This document shows, piece by piece, positions 36,980 through 45,064 of a stretch of 64,000 bases of DNA (positions are counted from its first letter, which is position 1; each line of letters begins with the position of its first letter). The notes under the pieces were generated by a model. The model did no database searches and was not told the DNA's origin. It saw only the letters and a list, made by a program, of their open reading frames with translations. The position numbers and the translations under genes are program-made. Origin of the DNA: an uncultured virus (IMG/VR IMGVR_UViG_3300010299_000003) (lineage: Duplodnaviria > Heunggongvirae > Uroviricota > Caudoviricetes). The DNA lies in IMG/VR virus record IMGVR_UViG_3300010299_000003, one strand, 5' to 3'.

Positions 36980-38439
36980 TATATTCCTCTTCTACTCATC
37001 TCTTCTTTGACTCTTTCCAATTCTTTTTGACTTTCAATCATTTTTTTCTTATAGGTTTTTCTATCTTCATACATTTTCATGAGAATTTCTGGTAAAAAAC
37101 CAATTCTATTATTATCGAAACAGTGACCATTTGCCGCAAGACTAATATTATTTTCTTTAAGATCTGAGGTATCAATCTTTTTGTCCAATAAAGATGTTAT
37201 ATTAACACTTCTAAATTTACTCTGGAGTAACGATTCTGGTGATATATTAAATTGTGCAATTAAATTTGGATACAGTGAATTCAAATCAAATGACGCAACC
37301 CACTCATACATACCTGCAACAACATCTTTTACATACGCACCTGCATATTCAGAATTTTTAGTGTTGTTATAATTCAATCTTGGTATGACAATGTTTTTAT
37401 TTTTAAGATGGTTGTATATTATTACATCCCACATTCTTACTTGAGAAAATACATCAGAAAAATTTACCTTAGCATCATAAGCTATAGAAGCAACCATTTC
37501 AATTAATCTAAGTTTTTCTTCTAGCTTTTTAACCAATTCTACATCTTTGATATTATATTCAATAAACTTTTGAAAATCATGTTTATATAAAGAATGTAAA
37601 CTTCCATATTCTTCATAAGAGATTTTCTTTTCCCCAAGTTCAATATATGTGATGTAGTTAAGTTTTTCACTTTCTCTTTTGGGTTGAAATCGAGAATATA
37701 ATTCCATATAATCTAAAGTTGATATTCCAACCACTTCAACATATGTCTGCTGTCTACCTTTATGAAATGCAGTTTTTGTAGAAAGATACTTCCACGGTGA
37801 AAGTCGTTTAGCTTCTTTATCATCAAATACTCTTGATATTCTATTCATCAAGTATGGCAAATCGTAAAACTTTATGTTCCAACCAGTAACAATATCTGGT
37901 TTTAAAGATTCCCAATATTCAAGATATTTACTCAAAAGTTCAACTTCATTTTCACATCTTATATACTTGATATTATTTTTATCGGTTTTAAATTCATCAC
38001 AACCAAAAACAACATATTGATCATTAGTTTCTATTGTTATTGCTATAACTTCTTCATATGGATTCTCTGGTGGAGCAAAGCCACCTTCTGATGCAACCTC
38101 AATATCTATATTAGCAATTACTAATTTAGAAAAATCATAATCTATATGATGAGGAAATTTATCACAGATATAAACATATTGATATTTTGTGTTACCATAG
38201 TATACAAAATTATCTACATTTTCATACTGCTTTACAAATTGTTTGCATTCATTTATACTAGGAAATTTTATCTTATCTGCATGTCTACCATCTAGAGTTT
38301 TCCATTTGGTTTGTTTATTTGTAGGTAAAAATAAAGATGGTTCTATTGTGAGTTTTCTATCGATTCGCTCATCATTTTCAATGGATCTATAAAGTACATA
38401 GTTACCTATGCAGGTACAATTCGTATAGAAATCACTCAT
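36979..38439 (-). CDS. gp43A: Family B DNA polymerase, N-terminal subunit (gp43A: exonuclease plus motif A)
   Basis: DIEV (ExoI), GWNIKFYDLPY (ExoII), YNIKDV (ExoIII), SFDLNSLYP. Ends in the fingers helix. Confidence 0.95.
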   Translation of the reverse strand: MSDFYTNCTCIGNYVLYRSIENDERIDRKLTIEPSLFLPTNKQTKWKTLDGRHADKIKFPSINECKQFVKQYENVDNFVYYGNTKYQYVYICDKFPHHIDYDFSKLVIANIDIEVASEGGFAPPENPYEEVIAITIETNDQYVVFGCDEFKTDKNNIKYIRCENEVELLSKYLEYWESLKPDIVTGWNIKFYDLPYLMNRISRVFDDKEAKRLSPWKYLSTKTAFHKGRQQTYVEVVGISTLDYMELYSRFQPKRESEKLNYITYIELGEKKISYEEYGSLHSLYKHDFQKFIEYNIKDVELVKKLEEKLRLIEMVASIAYDAKVNFSDVFSQVRMWDVIIYNHLKNKNIVIPRLNYNNTKNSEYAGAYVKDVVAGMYEWVASFDLNSLYPNLIAQFNISPESLLQSKFRSVNITSLLDKKIDTSDLKENNISLAANGHCFDNNRIGFLPEILMKMYEDRKTYKKKMIESQKELERVKEEMSRRGI

Positions 38440-38460
38440 TCAAAACACCATTATATAGAA

Positions 38461-38484
38461 TGACACATATTTATTTTTGTGTCA
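38461..38484 (-). promoter_or_regulatory. Hairpin upstream of gp43A, candidate autogenous translational operator
   Basis: TGACACA-AAAATAAATA-TGTGTCA, ending 21 nt before the ATG. Confidence 0.5.
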
Positions 38485-38488
38485 ATTA

Positions 38489-38794
38489 TTATAAAGAAAC
38501 ACCACTAGCATTAGGTAGTATTATGCCACTATACATTGTTTTATACTTACTAACAATTTCTTTTACTGGCTCATATTGACATAATACAAAATTTAAAGAT
38601 AATGTTACCTTTTTCTGTGAAGAAAGAGGTATATATGGCGCCATATGTATATCTACATTTCCAGTTTTAGGATTAGCACCAGCCGAAATATGCGTTGGAT
38701 TTGATACGCAACACTGAGTACCACAGTCGCTCAATTCAACCTCACCCAGAATTTCTTCTCCAGTTACAAGTCTAGTTATTAATACATTCATCAC
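38489..38794 (-). CDS. Conserved T4-like hypothetical protein (Sm-like fold)
   Basis: RLVTGEEILG..NP..APYIP..Y..SGIILP. Confidence 0.75.
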   Translation of the reverse strand: MMNVLITRLVTGEEILGEVELSDCGTQCCVSNPTHISAGANPKTGNVDIHMAPYIPLSSQKKVTLSLNFVLCQYEPVKEIVSKYKTMYSGIILPNASGVSL

Positions 38795-39233
38795 AATCCT
38801 CCAAAAACAATTCTTTTTCAGCTTCTCTTCTTCTCACTAAACCATTCAATACTTTCCCACCAGCACGAGTCCATCTAAGAAGTTGATTAGATGCTTCTTC
38901 ATAATCACCTTTATTCAATTTCTTCAATAAAGTGGATTTTTTGAAATTAGCTATGCCTACATTATACACAAATGAAACTAATGCGTCAAATTGATTTTGA
39001 TTTATTTCTACTAAAACATTGTGATTGATAGCATCTTCAAATACTTTTAAATCTTGCTCCAAAAAAACCTCGGCTTCATCTGAAGTAATTTTCATACCCT
39101 CTTTAACTCTAGAACCATTTATTCTAGTAGTACCATAACCTATTGTTGGTACTCCAGCAGGACATATATAAGCAATAGCTCTAAATCCTTCAAAAGATTT
39201 TATTAGTTCTTTACCCCTCATTCCTGTTTTCAT
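38772..39233 (-). CDS. Endolysin, GH24 lysozyme
   Basis: FEG.R..AY.CPAGVPTIGYG, NQNQFDALVSFVYNVG, STLLKKLN, GLVRRR.AE. Confidence 0.93.
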   Translation of the reverse strand: MKTGMRGKELIKSFEGFRAIAYICPAGVPTIGYGTTRINGSRVKEGMKITSDEAEVFLEQDLKVFEDAINHNVLVEINQNQFDALVSFVYNVGIANFKKSTLLKKLNKGDYEEASNQLLRWTRAGGKVLNGLVRRREAEKELFLEDCDECINN

Positions 39234-39238
39234 AAGAA

Positions 39239-39763
39239 TTATATTCCAGTAGATCCAAATCCACCATTTCTATCTCCAGATTTAGATATTTCATCTGATG
39301 TCTCAATTAATTCAACTCGCAAATCTTTTACTAATTCTGCTTGACAAATTCTATCTCCATGTTTTATTTCAAAAGATTTATGTGATATATTATATATAGG
39401 CACAAAAACTTCTTCTTTATAATCTTCATCTATAATACCTTCACAATTAGCAAGAACTATGCCATTTTTAAAAGATAGTCCAGATCTTGGATGTAATCTA
39501 ATAGAGTGGCCCTCTGGTATACTGAAAATTAATCCAGTAGGAACTAATATTCTACAATTTGGAGGAACATATATTACACCATCCACAGATTTTATTGTAT
39601 GTAAACTTTCATGTAATGTTCCCATATAAAACATGTGATTGGAGGTAAAAGATTTTATCTTGGTATTGGGATCTAAACAAGCATGTATATCAAAACAAGC
39701 TGATTTTAAAGTTGCATACTTAGGTATTATTGCAGTTTTATTTTTCTTATATACTTTCAGCAT
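39239..39763 (-). CDS. dut: Trimeric dUTPase
   Basis: SACFDI, PRSGL, GIIDEDY, GDRICQ, RNGGFGSTG. Confidence 0.95.
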   Translation of the reverse strand: MLKVYKKNKTAIIPKYATLKSACFDIHACLDPNTKIKSFTSNHMFYMGTLHESLHTIKSVDGVIYVPPNCRILVPTGLIFSIPEGHSIRLHPRSGLSFKNGIVLANCEGIIDEDYKEEVFVPIYNISHKSFEIKHGDRICQAELVKDLRVELIETSDEISKSGDRNGGFGSTGI

Positions 39764-39764
39764 T

Positions 39765-40217
39765 TTATACTTTTATAGATGGATTAGACACACTTTGTCT
39801 ATTTTTATTACCACCTATATTATACTTAGCTTCTAGCTTCCAGTCAACTTTTTCTTTATGTGGAACAATCTTTACAGTGGATATTGGAGATATTGGACTT
39901 TGACTTTTTTTAGGATCAACTAAAGATATTAAATTCCATTCTGCAAGAATATTAGCTATTGTATTCCTTCTTGCCAAATCATCTTGACTTAGTTCTGCTG
40001 GCTTACCATCTAGTTTAAAAAGTTCTTTGAAATGAACAATATAATATTTACTTTCTTTTGTCTCTTTATCCCTTTTATGTAAAATGTGACAAGATTGATA
40101 TAAAACTTTTTCTTTTTTAGAAGCAACTCCAATTCTAGTCAGAGTTTCTCTAACTTTAAGAAAATCATCTGGAGAGCTTAATCGTACCTCTATTAATGTT
40201 TCAATCACATTTGACAT
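39765..40217 (-). CDS. regA: Translational repressor RegA
   Basis: DDFLKVRETLTRIGVAS, LYQSCHILHK, YYIVHFKELF, RRNTIA. Confidence 0.97.
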   Translation of the reverse strand: MSNVIETLIEVRLSSPDDFLKVRETLTRIGVASKKEKVLYQSCHILHKRDKETKESKYYIVHFKELFKLDGKPAELSQDDLARRNTIANILAEWNLISLVDPKKSQSPISPISTVKIVPHKEKVDWKLEAKYNIGGNKNRQSVSNPSIKV

Positions 40218-40250
40218 TTGTTTACCTAATAAAAATATATAACTATTGAT

Positions 40251-40258
40251 TATTTATA
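40251..40258 (-). promoter_or_regulatory. Late promoter TATAAATA upstream of regA-dut-endolysin
   Basis: Exact consensus, overlapping the stop codon of the upstream ORF. Confidence 0.5.
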
Positions 40259-40442
40259 TTTTTATCTTTCTCATAACCCAATTTATAGGCTTTTTATATA
40301 GAGGAATTTTATCTTCCATTATTTTGCTTTTTATCATAAGTAAAATTTTATTACAATCTTTTATATTTTGATTATTATCTTCTATTAACAATTCTATTTC
40401 TTTTATAGTGTCTATTAGTTTTTTGTATTCAACATCATTCAT
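40254..40442 (-). CDS. Hypothetical protein
   Basis: 62-aa ORF in operon. Confidence 0.55.
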   Translation of the reverse strand: MNDVEYKKLIDTIKEIELLIEDNNQNIKDCNKILLMIKSKIMEDKIPLYKKPINWVMRKIKI

Positions 40443-40445
40443 AAT

Positions 40446-40823
40446 TTAATTACCACCTTTATTCAATTTAGATTTAATATACTCTAAATCTTCTTTTGAA
40501 AAAATATTTAATATCTCTTTTGAAAGGCTTTCTTTATAACCATAATATTCACGAATTAAATCTATATCATCTTGTCTTTTATTTTTAATGTAATTAAATC
40601 TTCTTTTATGCTTTTTAATTGAATGTAAATAGTAATCATATTGCATATCTTTTGGAAGAGAAAAGCACTTATTCATTTCTTGAGCATAAAGAATAGTATC
40701 TACTCTCATAGAAAGCCATCTATTTAAGAAGAATGGTTTTAGATCTTTTAGATTTTCTTCAGAAAGAATATTTTTTTTATCATAAGATATATCATTTAAA
40801 AAATCGAAAATTGAAGTTTTCAT
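40446..40823 (-). CDS. gp62: Clamp loader small subunit gp62
   Basis: FDFLNDI, PFFLNR.LS, QEMN, QYDYY, EYYG, KGG end. Confidence 0.92.
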   Translation of the reverse strand: MKTSIFDFLNDISYDKKNILSEENLKDLKPFFLNRWLSMRVDTILYAQEMNKCFSLPKDMQYDYYLHSIKKHKRRFNYIKNKRQDDIDLIREYYGYKESLSKEILNIFSKEDLEYIKSKLNKGGN

Positions 40824-41794
40824 GATACAAACTCAGATGTCATTGATATTTCAATCAAACATGCCATTAAATTAATCTCATTATCAACTACCATAGCATT
40901 CATATACTTTGCAATAATTAAAACACAGTTTGGTATTGAAGATGCTTTAACATTTTGTTTTAGATTGTCATATAATTTTCTATAGATTATGCTAGGATCG
41001 TTATCTAAATTTTCAACAACCCATTGTCGCACATCTTGAAATTTTTTATCCTTCATCATTTTATACAATTTAGTGATATTAATATCACCAGCAAATGCCA
41101 ATATACCCTCATCAATTTTACCATGCTGTTTACTAAATGCTTGAAGCTCATTTAATAGTCTTCTAAAGTCTGGAAAAAATTTAACTACAACTGATGCTAA
41201 AACTTTCCCATCATACTCAATACCCTCATCTTCTAGTATTTTAACAACACGTTTATAGCAAGTTTCAATTATTTTACTCTTTTCATTTTTAGGTATTTTA
41301 AATTCTTTTATTGAACATCTAGACTGTAGAGGATCGATTATTTTATTCTTATAATTACATGTTAATATGAAAGAACAATTTCTTGAAAACTCTTCCATAA
41401 CACCCCTAAGAGCAGGCTGAAAACTTTGAGGATTCAAATAATCTGCTTCGTCTAATATAATAACCTTTCTTTTGCCATTGAATGATAGTGAAGATGCAAA
41501 CTGTTTAACAGTAGTTCTTAGAGTATCAATATTTCTATCATCAGACGCATTGATAAGTATGCTTGTGTAATCTAATTCATCACATAATGCTTTTGCAACT
41601 GTAGTTTTACCAATGCCAGCAGTACCACAAAACAACATGTGTGGTAATTCACCACTTTCAACAATTCCATTAAATGTATCTTTTAAACCAACAGGTAAAA
41701 TGCATTCTTCAATTTTAGATGGTCTATATTTTTCCATCCAAACTATATGCTTTCTTTCAGATGCAGAAACATCACCCATAATATAACCCCACAC
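40820..41794 (-). CDS. gp44: Clamp loader large subunit gp44
   Basis: EKYRP, GTAGIGKTT, INASD, DEAD, SRC, PDFRR. Confidence 0.96.
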   Translation of the reverse strand: MWGYIMGDVSASERKHIVWMEKYRPSKIEECILPVGLKDTFNGIVESGELPHMLFCGTAGIGKTTVAKALCDELDYTSILINASDDRNIDTLRTTVKQFASSLSFNGKRKVIILDEADYLNPQSFQPALRGVMEEFSRNCSFILTCNYKNKIIDPLQSRCSIKEFKIPKNEKSKIIETCYKRVVKILEDEGIEYDGKVLASVVVKFFPDFRRLLNELQAFSKQHGKIDEGILAFAGDINITKLYKMMKDKKFQDVRQWVVENLDNDPSIIYRKLYDNLKQNVKASSIPNCVLIIAKYMNAMVVDNEINLMACLIEISMTSEFVS

Positions 41795-41810
41795 ATAATA
41801 TAAAGTTCAA

Positions 41811-42032
41811 TTAAGAATCTTTTTTTGATTCTTTAGATGCCAAATCTAATTCACCAATTACTTCGTTGGTTAATGATATAGCATCTGCAAGTGTATTTGT
41901 TTTATTCACTACTGATGAAAATATAATACTTTTTGATAATAGATACAAGTTATACTTTATCATATGACCAAGTATTAAATAATCATCAGTTTTTTGAATA
42001 GTTTGTTTTTCTTTTTTATTCCAAAGTTTCAT
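41811..42032 (-). CDS. Hypothetical protein
   Basis: 73-aa ORF between 45 and 44. Confidence 0.55.
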   Translation of the reverse strand: MKLWNKKEKQTIQKTDDYLILGHMIKYNLYLLSKSIIFSSVVNKTNTLADAISLTNEVIGELDLASKESKKDS

Positions 42033-42038
42033 AATTCA

Positions 42039-42707
42039 TTAAACAGCTTCCATTACAATCCAATACTGGACACCAGTAGTCTTACCAATAAAATGTGCAA
42101 CTGTTGGAGAAACTTCTACATCATAAGAATCGGGAAGAATCTTTAAATTTTCAAATAGCATATTAAAGCTACCAGAACTTTTACATTCCCCAGAAACATT
42201 CAATGTAAATTTACCTTGAGATGGTGTGGATAAATCTTGACCTATAACTTTTATAGAAGATTCATCACTAGAAAATGTAATATGCGTCAATGCTAATAGT
42301 GAAGCATTTTGTCTAAGCATTTTTAAATCGTCTTCATTTATTGTAAATTTTTGAACAATAGAATCTTCATTAAAAACAGTTGGTATTTTTTGTCTGGTTG
42401 GTTCTGCATCTTGAACAACTGTAGGATCTGAATAAAAATAATCTAAGAATCTACTTTCTCGATTAAAAACTACTTTATCTTGTTTAAAATCTAGATCGGA
42501 ATTTTCCCATATAGAATTTACACCTAAAAATTTATTAAGATCATAAATTGCAAAATCTTGTGGCAAACTTTCATTTATATTTGCGTCGGCAACAATTCTC
42601 TTTTGAGGATCTACTGTTACAAGTGAATTACCTTTTCTAATTAGAATTGTATTATTAATATCTGAAAAATTTCTTAGGATTTTTAATGTGGAATTAGATA
42701 GTCTCAT
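42039..42707 (-). CDS. gp45: Sliding clamp gp45
   Basis: MRLSNSTLKILRNFSDIN, FAIYDLNKFL, NLKILP.SY, YWI.ME. Start set at the ATG after GAGGAG. Confidence 0.94.
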   Translation of the reverse strand: MRLSNSTLKILRNFSDINNTILIRKGNSLVTVDPQKRIVADANINESLPQDFAIYDLNKFLGVNSIWENSDLDFKQDKVVFNRESRFLDYFYSDPTVVQDAEPTRQKIPTVFNEDSIVQKFTINEDDLKMLRQNASLLALTHITFSSDESSIKVIGQDLSTPSQGKFTLNVSGECKSSGSFNMLFENLKILPDSYDVEVSPTVAHFIGKTTGVQYWIVMEAV

Positions 42708-42720
42708 AATATATCTCCTC

Positions 42721-42751
42721 AAAAAATAGGTGATCGAATACGACCACCTAT
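42721..42751 (-). terminator. Intrinsic terminator directly upstream of the gp45 SD
   Basis: ATAGGTGGTCG-TATT-CGATCACCTAT followed by a T run on the minus strand. Confidence 0.7.
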
Positions 42752-42766
42752 CAATGTTTTGTTTAA

Positions 42767-43030
42767 TTATACACCAAATTGTTCGAGTAGAGAAGATGTT
42801 TCTGAAGATTCAACATGAAGTCGATAGGCAGTTACAACTCTTCCACGGTCTGCACCACCTTTTACTTTTACTCTATTAGTAAATATCGTAAATCCAGCTT
42901 CTCTGAGTTCACTAATTCTAGCAGAAACATTTTGTATTCTATATCTAGAACTAGCTTCTCTAACAGTTAGGTTCTTTCCAGAACTTAGTCTTTCTAATAG
43001 TTTTTGGTTTTGTGTCTTTGACATATACAT
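42767..43030 (-). CDS. Small winged helix-turn-helix DNA-binding protein
   Basis: L..GKNLT..EA..Y.I.NVSARISELREAGF.I. Confidence 0.8.
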   Translation of the reverse strand: MYMSKTQNQKLLERLSSGKNLTVREASSRYRIQNVSARISELREAGFTIFTNRVKVKGGADRGRVVTAYRLHVESSETSSLLEQFGV

Positions 43031-43069
43031 TTTCCATCCATATTATAATTATACATTAATAATAATTAA

Positions 43070-43097
43070 ACTATATCACATTTTTTATTATTGTCAA
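43070..43097 (-). promoter_or_regulatory. Sigma70-like early promoter
   Basis: TTGACA-N16-TATAGT with TG extension. Confidence 0.65.
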
Positions 43098-43119
43098 TTT
43101 TTTATGCAAAAAGTTTAAT

Positions 43120-44361
43120 TTAAGATTGATTCATCAATATTGATAAAATATCTTTAGGTTCCTCTTTTACTTCATTTTGACTTTCATCAGATAAAACTCT
43201 AAAATTATCATCTTCATCCAAATTAAGATATGGATCAATAGTCTCATAAAAATCTATAAAAGACATTTTTGTGCTATCATCAAACCTATTAATACACAAC
43301 TCTATAGATTGTTTTCTTCTATTGCCAATTTTTCTTTTATCACTCTCATCAGGATGACCTAATATTGCATATGCATTAGCTATATGCACTAATCTTCTTG
43401 TACTAATGAGATCTGATGTTCCACCGCTATCATAAGTTTTTCGGGTTCCATATGCCCAAGTTACTAACCTGAGAATAAAATCGTCTATACAATCACTTGA
43501 TAAATCATGTGATGAAAAAATCTTTTTTAATATACTTGTTTCAATTCTTTCATCTGGATACTTTTGTTCAAAAGTGACACAGAATCTTTCCAAGAATGCT
43601 TCATTTAATATATTAGTACCAACAAATTTTCCACTTTCAGATCCTTGTCCTTTTGTATTTGCGGTAGCAACTATGGTAAATCCAGGAGCTGGTTTAACAT
43701 ATTCATTTATTTTTTTTAAAAGAATACCTTTACCCTCTAATACTGGCTGTAAACATAAAAGTTTATTGCTACCCAAATCAACTTCATCTAGAAGTAAAAC
43801 TCCACCAGATTTCATAGCACGAATTACAGGGCCATCAAACCATTTAGTTTCATCTTTGACAAGTCTAAATCCACCCAATAAATCATCTTCATCAGTTTCA
43901 ATAGTAATATTTACTCTGAATAACTCTCTTTTATTCTTGGCACAGGCTTGCTCAACTGCAAATGTTTTTCCATTACCAGACAATCCAGTAATAAACATAG
44001 GATAAAAAACTCTAGAATCTAAAATTGTAGAAATTAAATCAAATTCACCATGTTTAACAAACAAAGGATCTATATCTGGTATATTATTTTTTTCTAATGT
44101 CACTTCTTCGGAAGTTAATACATTATTAACAACATTGGCATGATTGAACTCTTTTTGTACATTAAAGTCATCAGCTACCGTTTCTGATAATTGATATAAA
44201 CCCCTACCAACTTTATATTCTTCAGAATTTAAGAACCAATTTAAATTAGTAAAATTATTTTCTTTACAAAAAGACAATAATTCTTTACGAGAAAAAGTGC
44301 GATTTCCAAAAACTTTGGTTAAAAATTCATTAAATGTTTTTTTATTATTTTTAGTATTCAA
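43120..44361 (-). CDS. MoxR/CbbQ-type AAA+ ATPase (phage 'CobS-like')
   Basis: GLSGNGKT, DEDDLLGGFRL, LLDEVD, ATANTKG, NEAFLERF, ISTRRL. Confidence 0.92.
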   Translation of the reverse strand: MNTKNNKKTFNEFLTKVFGNRTFSRKELLSFCKENNFTNLNWFLNSEEYKVGRGLYQLSETVADDFNVQKEFNHANVVNNVLTSEEVTLEKNNIPDIDPLFVKHGEFDLISTILDSRVFYPMFITGLSGNGKTFAVEQACAKNKRELFRVNITIETDEDDLLGGFRLVKDETKWFDGPVIRAMKSGGVLLLDEVDLGSNKLLCLQPVLEGKGILLKKINEYVKPAPGFTIVATANTKGQGSESGKFVGTNILNEAFLERFCVTFEQKYPDERIETSILKKIFSSHDLSSDCIDDFILRLVTWAYGTRKTYDSGGTSDLISTRRLVHIANAYAILGHPDESDKRKIGNRRKQSIELCINRFDDSTKMSFIDFYETIDPYLNLDEDDNFRVLSDESQNEVKEEPKDILSILMNQS

Positions 44362-44399
44362 TTTATCACCTCATACATAATATTACAACTTATACTATT

Positions 44400-44410
44400 A
44401 TTATATCACA
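44400..44410 (-). promoter_or_regulatory. Extended -10 early promoter motif TGTGATATAAT
   Basis: Recurrent motif with TTGTAG 18 bp upstream of the -10. Confidence 0.6.
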
Positions 44411-44471
44411 TAAACACATCAAACTACAATATAAAAATACTTTTTTTTATATAATAATTTTAATATGTTAA

Positions 44472-45047
44472 TTATTCAACAGACAACTTTTTACTTGCGG
44501 CTCTTCCGATTAAAGGATATTGTTGCATTTCAACGGACTCAAACGTAAAAACTTTATTGTTTTTCATTTTACTCCAATATTCACCAGTTTTTTGTGGTCT
44601 AAATTTTCCCAAATTATGCTCTTTACCCATGCCAGGAAATCTACCAGAAGCAGTTCCAATAAGATATGCATCATCGGAATTAGCAGATTTATAAAAAACA
44701 GAATCTTGATTGTATAGTTTTCCCATTTTGGTTACAAATGATTTTAATTTACCATTATCATTAGGTGATGATGTAATAAAAAAAGATTTTTCTTCAACTT
44801 GTCTTTGGTCTGGATCACCTTTATTCTCTATATAATTTCCAGTCATTTGTACATAACCAAATCCAGCAGAACTAATTTTACTTTTTAATTCTCTATTTCT
44901 TTTTTCATTTTGTGATTTATCAAATTCACCTCTATATGCAGTTATCATAGCTATATTAGATTCTTTTGTATGTTGCCATATTCTAGATAAACTTCTGGTA
45001 GCCCCCTCATGAATTAGCATTTGTTTAAATGTTTTTAATATTTTCAT
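44472..45047 (-). CDS. Putative internal head protein of unknown function
   Basis: MKILKTFKQMLIHE leader; LSRIWQH, ITAYR, GNYIE, EKSFF, YNQDSV. Confidence 0.7.
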   Translation of the reverse strand: MKILKTFKQMLIHEGATRSLSRIWQHTKESNIAMITAYRGEFDKSQNEKRNRELKSKISSAGFGYVQMTGNYIENKGDPDQRQVEEKSFFITSSPNDNGKLKSFVTKMGKLYNQDSVFYKSANSDDAYLIGTASGRFPGMGKEHNLGKFRPQKTGEYWSKMKNNKVFTFESVEMQQYPLIGRAASKKLSVE

Positions 45048-45064
45048 TACCAATACCCTTTAAA

